Source of the DNA: Camelus ferus
Lineage: Eukaryota
Direction of reading: 5' to 3'
DNA length: 64,000 nucleotides
Assembly: GCF_009834535.1 (NCBI RefSeq)
Contig: NC_045696.1
Location: 37,388,001 to 37,452,000 of the forward strand
In this document: in pieces, positions 51,161 to 64,000 of the stretch
Layout of the letters: each line of letters begins with the position of its first letter
Numbering within the stretch: position 1 is the stretch's first letter
Program-made: the position numbers and the translations under genes
Notes under the pieces: model-generated
What the model was told of the DNA's origin: nothing
Databases searched by the model: none
What the model saw: only the letters and a program-made list of their open reading frames with translations

Positions 51161-52259
51161 GTAATAGTAGAATACTAAGGCAGTATCTCCTAGGTGCAAA
51201 GTGAGCTGAGCTAGGGGATCTGAGAAGACAGTAAAAGCCCTGAAAAAAAGCTGCTTTAGGGAAATGTAGGAAGAGTTAGAGGTGAATAAAAGAAAATCCA
51301 CATAGATTGATATAATGCCAGTAATGTAAAGGTTTATTTCTACTGAGTAGGTAGATATTCCTTAAAGCAAGAACAGTGCACTAGAGGAGTAATTCTCTTC
51401 ATCTTCCCTCAGCCTGTCCCTCCTGCCCTTTGTCTCCCTCTCAGTCCAGTTTCCTCTCTGCCTCTACACTCTGGTACCCAAACAGGAAGGCAACTGGCTG
51501 ATGCTGGGCAGGGAGCCTAGATGCAGACTATGTGAAGTCGCAGCAGTGCTTTACTAGAGCTCAGGTCTCCAAGACAGTCAGGAGAGCTGGGGTGTCCTTG
51601 GTCCTTAATCTAATTACGCCAAGATCAACTGAGGATTTGTTTAGTAAACAAGTAAAACTTGATTAAAACAAGGAATCATTTAAGGTAGTAGAAAAAATTA
51701 ATAAAATGTACTTTGACATTTTTTATCTATAATTGCTCTATATATCACTTTAATTTTTAATTATATGAAAATATCTCAACTATAAATAAATTATGCCTAA
51801 TGCTTAAAATGAACGAGGTAATAATAGAGCCAAAGCTAAGATACTGCTGTCAACTAGTGGTAGTTTATCTTAATTGCCAGTTCTTAAAATTTGAATCTGT
51901 AAAGGGTCAGATTCACTCCCTTAAAATAAAATATTTTTATTAATTACAGTATTATATTACCCTAATTCACAGGGAATATTATTTTCAGAATCGACTCCTT
52001 CAAATTCATATTAGAACAATTATTGATATGTAAATTCAATTAATAGTAATTTAAAATAACAATTAACAAATAATCACTTGCAGAAACAAATAACCAGAAA
52101 GCAACATAACCAAAGTGATGACTTCTTACATTCAGAATATACAGGCTTTCCATATCAAACTCTTTCATTGTGTAAACAATACAGCCCAACATCAGAATTT
52201 CTCAGAATTTCACCTTATACCTCTCTAATTCCCACTGTTCTAATGTGTCAAGTATATGT

Positions 52260-52335
52260 AGTAATCATTTCTATCACTAGGTGAAAAGTGAATATGAAGT
52301 AATCATTTCTATCACTAGGTGAGAAGTGAATATGA
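52260..52335 (+). repeat. Tandem duplication, 2 x 38 bp, within a MIR remnant
   Basis: agtaatcatttctatcactaggtga(a/g)aagtgaatatga repeated head to tail with one mismatch. Confidence 0.95.
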
Positions 52336-54679
52336 ACACACATGAAACATTTAGAATATAACAGTGCTGGGCCTGAAGCAAGCAATCGATAATTGCTAGC
52401 TATTTGTAATTATTATTACTAACATACATACTTTAGAATGCTTCTCATTTGTTTTATGAATATGTTACCTTGGACGGAAACTAGGTACATAACATGCATT
52501 GGACTTTATTTTGTGATACTATAAAGTGAAATATTAAACACTTTAAATATGAAGTCACTTTATGAGTGGAATTCTAGAATATAAAGAATACATAGGAAAT
52601 ATTACAAATACATGTTCTTTAGTTCTCCTTTAGACTCCTGTTTCTAATATCCTTTGCTAAAGGTCTTTTGCTTCTGTTAATTAATGGCTGAGATTGCGTT
52701 CAGATTTGAGAATTATATGAAGTTAATTTTAGACTCTCTTGAGCCTTCTATCTGAAGTTCATTACTAGCTATCTGGTCAGGAATTTCTTTTGGTTTAAAG
52801 AAGAGTTTCATAGTTACCAGTTGCTAAAAACTACTTAGTGTCTTAGGTTATCAGCCTTTCTGCAGAAACTATTGCTTCTTCTTTCATAAAAGGGATCTAT
52901 TGTTAACATTTTTAATCTTCACTGACTCTTGTCAAATTATAAACTACAAGTGGTGACTGAGAGTTGCTGATCAAGGTGCCATTCTCTGAGGAGGCTAGCA
53001 ACATATAATGAGTAGTGTTAACTCTTTTCTGAAAAAAAATTTTAGAAAAACACTTAAAGAGCAAAAAACTAGTTATTTTCACATTCACCGTCTAGTCCTA
53101 CGTCAATTTTTTTTTAAGGGAAGTGATCGTGAATCATAGTAAAACTGAACAGGACCCGGTAATTTGAAAACAGCTAAGTGTAATATAAACATTGATGCTA
53201 TAAAGCTGAATAACACTTTTGCTCATTAATTTCCTAAAAGATTGAATAAGTGGTACATTTATTTACACCCACATTTATTTCTTTATTCTTGCATGATAGT
53301 ATGTAATCGATACTATTGTGGAATTAACATTAAAAACCTATGCACTAAAAGAATCACAGTTTTAAAACAAAAATAACAGTTTAAGGTAAAGATGATAGTG
53401 TCTTGCCTAGGGAGTCAGGATTAATTGAAGGCAGGTTATGCATTAGGGGTTGAAATTCTAAGATAAATTATCAAGCAAAGTAATCAAGATGAACAGTTGG
53501 AATTAAGTTATCAAACTGGAATTAGAAAAGCAGAGCTCAGAAAATGAGTAGAAGTAGATGAAACAGAGAAGGCTGAAATTAGTTTTATTACGCAATTTTC
53601 ACAAGCACCAAAAGTCAAAATTAGGGATTGACAAGAGATGTTAGAGTTACAGCCTGTAAAATTTTTATTCTCCACACTCAGCCGAGCGCTTGGCAGAGTG
53701 AGTGCTTCAAAGCTGACTTTTAAGTAAACTAGAGTCAGCTCTTCAGATCTAAGAAGAGAGTGCATCAGGCTGTTAAATGCCTGACCAATGTCTCTGATGG
53801 AAACGATTCAGTATCCAGCCTTGAAGCTGCAGGTTCATTTTTGTGTATCTAACCCACTTGCTTCCCCAAAGAATACTGACTGCGGGAGAATCAATGTGTC
53901 TGTTTGACAACAGGGTACTGCCTGCACACCGGCTTTCCAGTTAAAGCACTCCTTCTCACCAACGAAAGACAGACTGACAGAACTGAGGAGGATGAGAATC
54001 TGAATAGATTGTCAGGCAGTTGTAATAGTGCTGCTCCTTCCTGAAAGGGCGAGGATACCAAAATCCACTTTGGGATGCACTCATCTTTTTCTTTTTTAAT
54101 GATAAAAACATTTGGTTGTTCCATTTAAATGTTGCAAAGAAAGATTTACTTTGCTTAGGATAAAAAAAAAAAACTACTACAATGTCTCTTAATATAAACT
54201 AAGAGCTGTTTTATAAATGACTTACTTTGGTTGTTCCTGATTCTTTAATTTTGGGAGCTGAAATGCAAGCAGAGTGTGTTCTCACATTATAAGAAAGAGG
54301 ACTGTTCCTCAGCTTTATGCAAACGTAGACAGTCTTGTGATAGAAAAAGATGCTTTACTTGCAAGACTGTTTACATGCTTTTTTGAAAGGTCGTTACCAG
54401 TAGATGACAGCTAAGACAAAGGGAACTGCAGAGAGAGAGAAGGGCATGTTCTTTGTTTCACTATTTCACAGTGGAGAAAAGAACATTATAACAGAATTAA
54501 ATTCCAGCATTGATGTTAACTCAGAAAAACTCCCAAAGTACAGATGTTGAACTGTTTCTGAAGTAATTTGTGGGAAGTGGATTTCCAGAAAACATTAGAT
54601 GTTTGTTTTCAATGTCAATCTTTCTGCGAAGTGGGCATGTTGAGACAGGAAATTATGAAGAAACAAGCCTTAGGCGAAA

Positions 54680-54870
54680 GCAGGATTTTTTAGTCTTTAC
54701 TCTTGACATTTGGGGAGGGTTGTCTCATGCACTGTAGAATATTTGCAGCTTCTATGGCTTCTACCCACTAGATGCTGGTAAACCTCCCCGACAGGTGTAA
54801 AAGCCAAACATGATTCCAGGCATTGCTGAAATGTCTTCTGGGGAGAAAAACTGCAAATGGCTCAGAATCA
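54680..54870. mobile_element. MER20 hAT-Charlie MITE
   Basis: ttgtctcatgcactgtagaatatttgcagc...ctacccactagatgctggta...tccaggcattgctgaaatgtcttctgggg. Confidence 0.75.
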
Positions 54871-55109
54871 GTGGGCAAGAAAGACACATCAAGAAACAGT
54901 TTCTCTCTTTATGCCTTACGATACTAGGGCAGGGACAGGTACACAAACATTCTTGTGTAGAGGGAATCTGAATGTGGATATAAATAGCTACTATATGGAA
55001 GTCACTGATTGAACAATAATAATGGGTTCAGGTGTGTTGACTTGGAAAATGTGCACACACAAGGCAGTTATGATGGTTACTCTACCCTATACCACGATGG
55101 GTTTTCCCT

Positions 55110-55855
55110 GATCCATTATTGGAGGGAGTATAACATGGTGCAAACTTTCATGACTACACTATGGCCCAGCAATTCTAATCTGAGATATTTATAAAGAAAA
55201 AAGTTTGCCTTCAAAAAGAAAATTTACAAAAATGTTCATAATAGCTTTAATCATAATAAGCAAAATCTAGATACATCCCAAGTGTTCACCTTTAGAAGAA
55301 TGGACAAGTAAACTGTGACATATTTATATAATGATATACTAATCAGTAGTGAAAATAGGATCTACTAATACACATACGCCATGCATGAATATTAAAAGGT
55401 TTATACTGTATGAAAGAAGTTTTATGCAGCAGAATACATAGTGTATGTTTGCTTTCATTCATGAGAAATTCTAGAATCGGTAAAAGCTAATTACATGGAT
55501 TTAAAAAATAAGAATAGTGGTTGCCTCAGGAGTGGTGACTGATTGGAAAGGGGAAAAAAATGGAGCTTTCTCAAATGATGGTAATATTCTATATTTTAAT
55601 GGAGGTTAAGATTACATTCATCAAATGGTATAGTTATGTCATTGTATGTTTAAAATAAGAGAAAGACGCATGAACAAATGTTGATCTCTAATAAAGGTAT
55701 GCACAGGGAAGTATTTTGCAAGATATGTACTGATATTGTGAATTAATTTATAATACACCACAAAATAAATGAATGGATGGATAGAGAGATGAGTAGCTAG
55801 ACAAATGTGTGATATAGCAATATAGTAGAATATTATGGCAAATTCTAGCTGTGGT
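55110..55855 (+). mobile_element. Old L1 (L1MC/ME-like) 3' end
   Basis: tatggcccagcaattcta...aaatgttcataatagctttaatcataataagcaaaa...gaatagtggttgcctc. Confidence 0.7.
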
Positions 55856-56269
55856 GGGCTGGTTCATCAACCCCTAGCTGGATGTCCTTAGGTGCATTAA
55901 TTAATAATTTGACTCTCAGTTTCTTAAACTATTAAATAAAGTCATCTGTTTAAAAGACTTATGAGCATTTGAGGTGAGGTGTGTTTACTCAGCACATTAA
56001 GTAATCCACATGCTTTAATTAAATCTAAATTTCATCTTATTTCAGGAGAGTATATGTTCTTGTTTACTTATTTCTGGGTTTGAGATGGAATGAAAATTAC
56101 TTTCAGTAACATGCCATGTTCTAAACAGAAACTGATAACATCACAAGGATTCCTACCCCACTAAGATACTCTGTGAGTTATCATATTTCTAATATAAACG
56201 ATAGGATTGGGGATGAGTATGGAAGTAATAAGCAATTTAATTATAAAATCTATACGAAAAAATAAAGAA

Positions 56270-57765
56270 ACAAAAAAAGACATTTCTGAAAAGAAAATGG
56301 TAGTATGAGGTTGTTGTCATCATATATTAAATAAATTCATAGTCATATTTTGATATGGTACATGAATGCACAAAAAAATCAATGGAAAAGTGGAAATCCC
56401 AGATACAGTCACAAGTGCTTTAAAACATTATATGCTTAAAAGTGTCTATTAATGTAAGGAAGAGATACATAATTCAATAAATTTGGGGGCAAACAAATAT
56501 ACATATATAAAAAAGAATAACGATTGGATTACCAAAACAGAACTTATTTCAAAATATCTGGAATAAGAAAATATTTCTAAGTGAAAAATAAGTCATAAAA
56601 TATTGAAAAATGGATCTATTTTCTTTTTATTCTTAGTTTAGAGACGATCTTTCTAAATATGACACAAATTCAAAAATTCAAAAACAAAAGTTGAAATATA
56701 TGAGTTCATAAAATTAAAACATTTTGGTAAATAGAAACATCACAAAGTTATAATAAAATCAATATCAGAGAAATAACATTTGGAACTCACAGGCCAAAGG
56801 CTGTTATCCGTAGTGTGTAAGAAATGAGGGAAATATTTATGCATGATAACTCAGTTAGGGAAGATTAATATATCAATAGAAAAATATCCAAAATCTATCA
56901 AGAGATATTTTTCAGAAAAGAAAATACAGTCTTAAAATTTGATTTTTTAACCTAAAAGAAATGAAAAAAATTTTATTGAGATATACTATCTTTTCTATTA
57001 GATTGATGATCAAATACTGTACTGTTGGCCACTGGTACTATAAATTGGTGAAATCTGCTAGGAACAATCTGGAGCTATCTTTCAATGTTAAAAGTGTATA
57101 TATTCTTTGACACAAAAATTCTAATTCTTGTAATGTACATTACAGAGATACCAGTATCTATGCAAAATTAAATATGTATAAGAATATTTATTGCAGCATT
57201 GCTTTAAATATCAAATATTTGGAAACCAAATAAGTTCTTATTAATATATGTTGGTTAAATACATAACAGTATAACCACATAAATTGGAATATCAGGTAGC
57301 TACCAAAAATTATGTAACTACATATATGTATATATATACATACACATATATTCTAATGAAATTATCTCCAAAATATTGTAAATGGAAAAAAAAAATGCAG
57401 AGCACTGTGTTTCTTATGCTACTCTTTATTTAAGTATGTGTTTCTGTTGATAGCAGAGCTCCTGTGTTGAACCACTTCAAGAGCATCATTTGCATCATAA
57501 TCTATGTGAATGGTTTATCTGGATTTTACAGTGCTGAGTTTGTCCTGCAATATGCCCCTGTCCTAATATATGAGATACGATCTCTTTGAAAAAATATACA
57601 AAAAGTGGTATCAGAGGTTGCCTCTAAGAGGGGGACTACAATGGCTTGGGGAAAGAATGGGAGGGAGATTTATTTTCCATGAAAACTTTGGTAATTTTAA
57701 ATTATGTGCTATACATACTAACACCTTTTCACAAAAAGACCAAATAAAATTTAAAATTAATAATA
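56270..57765 (+). mobile_element. Very old L1ME-like ORF2 3' part and 3'UTR
   Basis: Degenerate ORF2 order (aatggaaaagtggaaatcccag..., gaatatttattgcagcattgcttt...), ending in an A-rich tail. Confidence 0.6.
57454..57560. mobile_element. MER91-like palindromic hAT-Tip100 MITE inside the old L1
   Basis: cagagc...gcccctg termini with the inner inverted pair catttgcat / atgtgaatg. Confidence 0.5.
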
Positions 57766-58802
57766 AAGTATTACTATGCAGAATATCCTATTAGATAAGA
57801 ACAGCTGACTCTCTGCTTTAGGTAAACATTATGACTTACTACTAAATTTCTTTTAGTTGGCTGTTTAACAGTAGAGCACCTTATTTTTTTCTTTTAAACA
57901 CCAACATGCTGCTTGGGTCTTATTTCTGAGAACAAAGTACCACTTAGATCTAGAATGTCACTTCAGGGGTCACCATATTAGGTAAGCAATATTTCCTTCA
58001 CGTTTCATGAACGATTGTTTATAGTATTTGTAGTTTAATTTTAAGAAAAAACATCTAGGAGAATTGCTAGTGACCTCCGTATGGGTCTTGCTTCAGATGT
58101 AATTTCCTTTACTTTACTGCTGCCCTGAGAATCCAGATTCTTTTTTAAAGCCATTATATACTTTCTACAACAAATGATATGAAGCTTATCTGCAGTATAG
58201 TTTTTGAAGATTGGAAAACAAATCTTAAAAAACAAATTGTTAATAATTCTGAAACCAATTGACTTTCTTAGCACCAAACAAGATATAACCCAAGTTAATG
58301 GCTTTTCTATTACCTGTTAATGCTTTGGCTCTTCTGTTTATATAAAAACATTCCCTTAAAAATGGACATTTTTTTCATGATTGAAGATAAAGCTATTTTT
58401 CTTTATTTTTTGCTGAATAATGTTTTTTTCTTTTCTTTAGCTTTGTTAATAGCAAGCAATGCATTGAAAAAAAAAGTTCAATAACCTACAGTCAACTCTG
58501 TGACTTAGAGATTTATTCTAAGTGCCTTTGTTCCACAGAATACCTTTCTGTGTCAGCTATACTGGTGCATCCAGTACCGATGGATTCAATAGAGCTAACG
58601 TTAAAGGGCAGAAATAAAACACCAAGGGATATTTTGTTTTATAAAAGGCATTTAGAGGATTAAGAAGTACAATGCAGTATCAAATACTAAAAAGCCAATC
58701 TGTTGAATACCAAGGTAAACATAACAAAGAAAAAAGAATGCTCAAATATACACCAAGCATTTTTTTTAATTATAAAATGATATGCAATAAAAACTGTGGT
58801 TA

Positions 58803-61082
58803 TAAACTCTTACCAAAGTGGGCACAGAGGGAATATACCTCAACAACATAATACTCAACAGTGAAAAGCCGAAAACCTTTCTGCTAAATTCTAGAATAAG
58901 ACAAGGATGTCTTCTTTCACCACATCTATTAAACATAGTATTGGAAATCCTAGCAACAGCTATCAGACAAAGAAAAGTAATAAAAGGTATACAAATTGGA
59001 AGGGAAGAAGTTAAACTGTCACTAAATGCAAATGACATGATACTCTATATAGAAAACCCTAAAGATACCACACAAAAACTGTTAGAACTAATAAAATAAT
59101 ACAGTCAAGCAGCAAAATACGAGATTAACACACAAAACTCTGTTGCATTTCTTTATACTAACAATGAAATATCAGAAAGAGAAAGTGAAAAAAAAAATCC
59201 CATTTAAAATTGGCTCAAGAAATACCTAGGAATAAACCTAACCAAGGAGGTGAAAGACTTATACCTTGAGAACTATAAAACATCAATAAAGGAAATTGAG
59301 GTGATTCAAAGAAATGGAGAGAAAACTCATGCTCTTGGATTAGAAGAATCAATATTGTTAAAATGGCCATATTACCCAAAGCAATCCACAGATTTAATGT
59401 GATCCATACCAAATTACCCATGCAATGACATTTTACACAGACATAGAACAAATTATCCTGCAATTTACATGGAACCATATAAGACCCAGAATTTTAAAGC
59501 AATACTGAGTAAAAAGAACAAAGCTAGAGGTAAAACCCTCCCACAATTCAGACAACATTACAAATCTACAGTAATCAAAACAGTGTGATATTGGCACAAA
59601 AACAGACATATAGATCAATGGAAAAGAATAGAGAGCCCAGAAATAAACCCATGCAGCTACAGTCAATTAATTTTTGAAAAAAGAAGCAAGAATATACAAC
59701 AGAGTAAAGACAGTCTCTTCAGCAAATGGTGTTGGGAAAACAGCTGCATGCAAATCAATGAAATTAGAACATCCCTTACACCATACGCAAAAATAAACTC
59801 AAAATGGTTTAAAGATCTAAATATAAGACATGATACCATAAATATTCTTCTAGAAGAGAACACAGGCAAAACATTCTCTGACATAAATTATAGCAATTTT
59901 TTTTAGGTGAGTCTCCAAAGGCAAAATAAATAAAAGCAAAAATAAACAAATGGGATCAACAAAAATTAGAAGCTTTTGCACAGCAAAGGACACCATAAAT
60001 AAAATAAAAAGACAACCTACAGAATTGGTAGAAAATATTAGCAAATGATGCAACTGACAAGGGGTTAATTTCCAGAATACACAAACCGTTCATACAACTC
60101 AATATCAAAGAAAATCAAACCCGATAAAAGAATGAGCAAAATTCTTAAATAGACATTTCTCCAGTGAAGACATACAGATGAACAATAGGCACATGAAAAG
60201 ATGCTCAACATCGCTAATTATTAGAGAAATGCAAATTAAAACCACAATGAGGTAACACCTCACACCTGTCAGAATGATTGTTGTCAAAAAGTCTACAAAT
60301 AATAAACGCTGAAGAGGGTGTGGAGAAAATATTGCCCTTATATACTGTTGGTGGGAATGTACATTGGTGCACCTACTATGGAAAATATTACGGAGGTTTC
60401 TTAAAAACCTAAAAATAGAGTTACCATATGATCCAGCAATCCTACTCCTGGGTATATACATATATATATATGGAAAAGATGAAAACTCTAATTTGAAAAG
60501 ATACATGCACCCCAATGTTCATAGCAGCACTATTTACAATAGCCAAGACATGGAAGTAAAACAAGTGTCCACCAACAGATGAATGGATAAAGAAGAAGTG
60601 GTACATATATACAATGGAATATTAGCTGTAAATAAACAAAATGTTGTCATTTGCAGCAACATGGATGGACATAGAGAATATCATACTAAGTGAAGTAAGT
60701 CAGACAGAAGAAGACAAATATCATATGACATCACTTACATGCAGAATCTAAACATAATACAAATGAATCTATGTATACAACAGAAACAGGATCACAGACA
60801 TAGAAAACAAACTTATGGTTAACGAAGGGGAAAGGGAAGGGGAGGGGTAAATTAGGAGTATGAGATTAACAGATACACACTACTATATATAAAACAGGTA
60901 AACAACTAGCATTTACTGTGTAGCACAAGAAACAAAATTCAGTATCTTGTAATAACCTATAAAGGAAAATAATCTGAAAAAATATGTACATATATAACTG
61001 AATCTCTTTGCTGTACACTTAAAACTAACACAATATTGTAAATCAACCAGACTTCAATTAAAAAACAAACAAATAAACAAAC
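58803..61082 (+). mobile_element. 5'-truncated LINE-1 (RT domain to 3'UTR), inactive
   Basis: ORF 58818-59099 contains [19 protein letters not shown]...[16 protein letters not shown] (RT, catalytic FADD degenerated to NAND). Multiple stops and frameshifts; (AAAC)n tail. TSD aaaactgtggtta (58790-58802) / aaaactgtgtta (61083-61094). Confidence 0.95.
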
Positions 61083-62371
61083 AAAACTGTGTTAGATCAT
61101 GCAAAGCATTATGTATCATGATGGAGAAGATATACGAGTTTGCATTTTCTGAAAGTACATTTTTCAATAGTATTTTGATACCAAATAAATTAAATTTATA
61201 TTTCTAAGTGAGCATTTTGTTAATGATCATGTAGAATTAAATAGTATTTTATGCTAACATTTTAATTTTTATTTTATCTATGTAATATATCTGATTTTTC
61301 TATACACCTAAGTTGAATTAAAGATCATTCATCCCTATTCACACATAAGAAACTTAAATATAACTGTGTAACAGATCACATAATAATGTCATTTATTCAT
61401 GCGTACATCTGAATTTGTTCGTGTATCCATCTACTCAGTTATTACTGTGTGGTATGTGTGTGTGCAGTGTATGTGTCATATATGAGAAATTATAAAGGAA
61501 AGCCAATGCGTTAGTTGAGAAAATTAAGAGAGCTCTCAACTCATATCCTGTATCCATTTTTCTTTTTCCCATGGGGTATAGAAACTTTTTTTACTCTTTT
61601 TTAGTATTATTCGCTTACAGATTGTGCACGTTACAAAGATATATTTCCAGTCATTTACTCATACATTAACTTCATGGATTGTGTTCCTTATTGAGCACAG
61701 TTTTTAATTTTGGTGTTGTAAAGCCATAATTTTCCCCTTATGATTTGGCTAATATTTGGCTCACATAGAAATATTAGATGTGAAATTTTACATATGGTGA
61801 TAAAATTGTTATAGAAAAAAAACAGTTTTTATCACTAAATAAATTAATTACAATGATGTGGTATTTACCTTTACCTATAAGGTGATGTTATTTAGCATTT
61901 TGAAATAAATAATTGGATGTATATAAAGCAACATGGATAGCTCTCACAAGCATAGCTTTGAGTATTAAAAATAAGAAATGGAGAGATATTCAATGTAATG
62001 TAATTTATGTAAATCACGCTATATTTATTCAAGGATACACATATAACTAATGGGAGATGTAGAAGACAAGTATTTAATATATAAGAAAGGTTTCCCAAGA
62101 GAGTGAAGAAGATGGCAGTGTGAATAAAATATAAAGTGTTAAATACTGAAAGAAAGCAACAAAATGTTCTTGACTTTTATCAAGTGATAATTATTTTGTG
62201 ACATGACCCTTGGGGTAAAAACAACTGGTTACTGTGAAACTGATTTCCTAAAAAATGAAACACATGGAGTATGGCTCCAGGTTGGAATTTGCACTTAAAC
62301 TGGTAATAGATGTAAATGGCTAACTATTTATTTAGGTAGAAAATGATGAATGCCATATCAAAGCACGTGAA

Positions 62372-62960
62372 TATTCATTTATACACCCTGTTGAAAAATG
62401 CTTACAGAGTGCCCACCATGATCTGAGATTCAGGAGAGAACAGAACAGCCAAGCTCTCTGCTCTCATGAGAGTAGAGAGTGAATAAATAAATACTCTACT
62501 GCACAGCAAACACCGTAGTTCACAAAAGATGAAGATAGAGTGATATGAGAGTGATTTTTTTAAGATTGCATTAAGGAAGTTCTCTGGGAAGAGATGACTT
62601 TAAGCTAAAATTCTGTAGCAAGAGGGAGCCAGCTATTAGCAACAGGGAAAAACCATTCCAGGCAAAATGAGTAGAAAGGATCCGGGCACCTTTGAAAACC
62701 TGATAAAGTTCTAATGCCTAGTGGACCAAGAAAAGGAAAAACTACTAAGAGTCTTGAGAGATATAGAGGGAATAAACACATAGAGTTTATTTGCCACGCT
62801 AAGGGAATTTTATTTAAATCTCAATATGGTTAAGAACTATTAAAGTGGTTAAAGAAAGGAGTGAAAGGATTATCTAATTTACGTTGGTAAAAGGTCGATA
62901 TAGATGCTGTGTTGAGAATGGACGGTATTTAGACACAAGTGATATTAAAGAGACTACTAG
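62372..62960 (-). mobile_element. L2 fragment
   Basis: aaatgcttacagagtgcccaccatg...ctctctgctctcatgagag...gagatgactttaagcta...ccattccaggcaaa. Confidence 0.75.
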
Positions 62961-62979
62961 AGAGTAGGAGTAGAGGGAG

Positions 62980-63248
62980 GACATCCAATACCTCACTGAG
63001 CTTTCTTCCTTTTTCAGCCAGACCTCCTGGAAGTCCTACCTAACTGCTATGGCTGGTATTTCATTTGACTAGAACTAGGTCACATAACAGTATCTAATGT
63101 TGAGAGAGACTTGAAAATGTAGTCTTTTACTTGAACAACTGGCATTCCCTTACCAAAAAAAAAAAAAAAAAATTGGATATAGTATAATGGAAGAAAGGAA
63201 GGTGTAAAAAATAGATAGTAGATAGGAAAGAATTCAACATCTGCCACA
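62980..63248 (-). mobile_element. MLT1-type (MaLR) LTR fragment
   Basis: tcatttgactagaactaggtcacat...gagagacttgaaaatgtagtcttt...catctgccaca. Confidence 0.7.
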
Positions 63249-64000
63249 GAAGGAAACACAGTTCAGTTTTGGATATAGGGTTGGGGATGTGCAAATGAAG
63301 TTCTAGAGCAAGATACCTGAGAAGCAGAAACCAACTGTATTACACAACTAGGATGATTTTGAATACAAAAATCAATATTACTTCCCTTTAACTTAATACC
63401 ACTAGCCCTGGCCTTTGCTGCAAAGTGGGATTTTCTAAAAAATATACAAGCCCATGTATCACACTTCATCTCTACCTTGTTTCCCTTTTGCCATGCCCCC
63501 ACCTTAAGAGTCTCACACCAAAGAAATATGACCCAGTCTGCTGCTGAGAAGCTATGTATTTTTTGTAAGAATAAAACATCACCAGCTGACATTAGGTAGT
63601 GAAGAAGTAAGGATAACATATTTGGATCCTAGACAACTGAATTCCAATAAAGAATGTCATGACAGAGTTGAGTGACTATTAGCATGTACCTTACCTCTCT
63701 GAGCTTCAGATATATCACGTCCACTACAGAATGTTCTTGGAGTAGGTGCCTTCAAGGCCGTATCAGGGAAACAGATAAGAAAGAGAACAATGAGAAGGCT
63801 GAATTTTAGGTCTACTGCCCTGTTGCAACTAGGCAATTATACTTGTACTGCTTTTAAACGATGGAAGCAATGGAAGTTTTCATTTAAATAAAAAACTCAA
63901 GGACATCAAACAATTTCTAAGTCCCTTTGAGCTATAATATTCTATGATCCTATGATTTCCCAGCAGGTATTTGTATTGCCAAATATGTGTCGTAACTGAG

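Noticed and set aside
58818..59099. Reverse-transcriptase ORF as an active or domesticated RT
   Set aside because: The catalytic FADD motif is mutated to NAND, the element is 5'-truncated, and stops and frameshifts follow. It is an ordinary dead L1.
6735..61082. Plus-strand bias of L1 copies as evidence of a minus-strand host gene
   Set aside because: Too few elements, there are minus-strand L1s as well, and LTR orientations are mixed.
1..64000. ORF-track entries as host protein-coding genes
   Set aside because: All are short (<=136 aa). The protein-like ones are broken L1 ORF2 pieces or their antisense frames; the rest have the composition expected of random AT-rich frames. No multi-exon gene could be assembled.

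Overview
AT-rich, CpG-depleted mammalian genomic DNA. It is most likely from a camelid, based on a Vic-1-type tRNA-derived SINE and a camelid-type L1 3' end; both are recognised from memory of consensus sequences, not from a database search. I cannot recognise any intact protein-coding gene, so the window reads as intergenic or deep intronic. The protein-like ORFs in the track are decayed LINE-1 ORF2 pieces or their antisense frames. Much of the window is transposon-derived: four younger L1 copies, old L1M/L2/MIR fragments, hAT MITEs, and ERV1/ERVL/MaLR LTRs. The most interesting structures are these. (i) A young ERVK-like solo LTR (16477-17051) with a perfect 6-bp TSD. It carries a TATA box, an internal splice donor and a dense NR5A/ESRRB-GATA-TEAD-TFAP2 motif cluster. 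(ii) That LTR sits inside a bipartite L1 whose 5'UTR is fused directly to the RT region of ORF2. (iii) A near-perfect 68-bp templated insertion in another LTR, copied from unique DNA 1.25 kb away. (iv) A few isolated candidate exons with good splice signals. I found no convincing evidence for a new multi-gene biological system. Boundaries of old repeats are approximate (tens of bp) and subfamily names are tentative.
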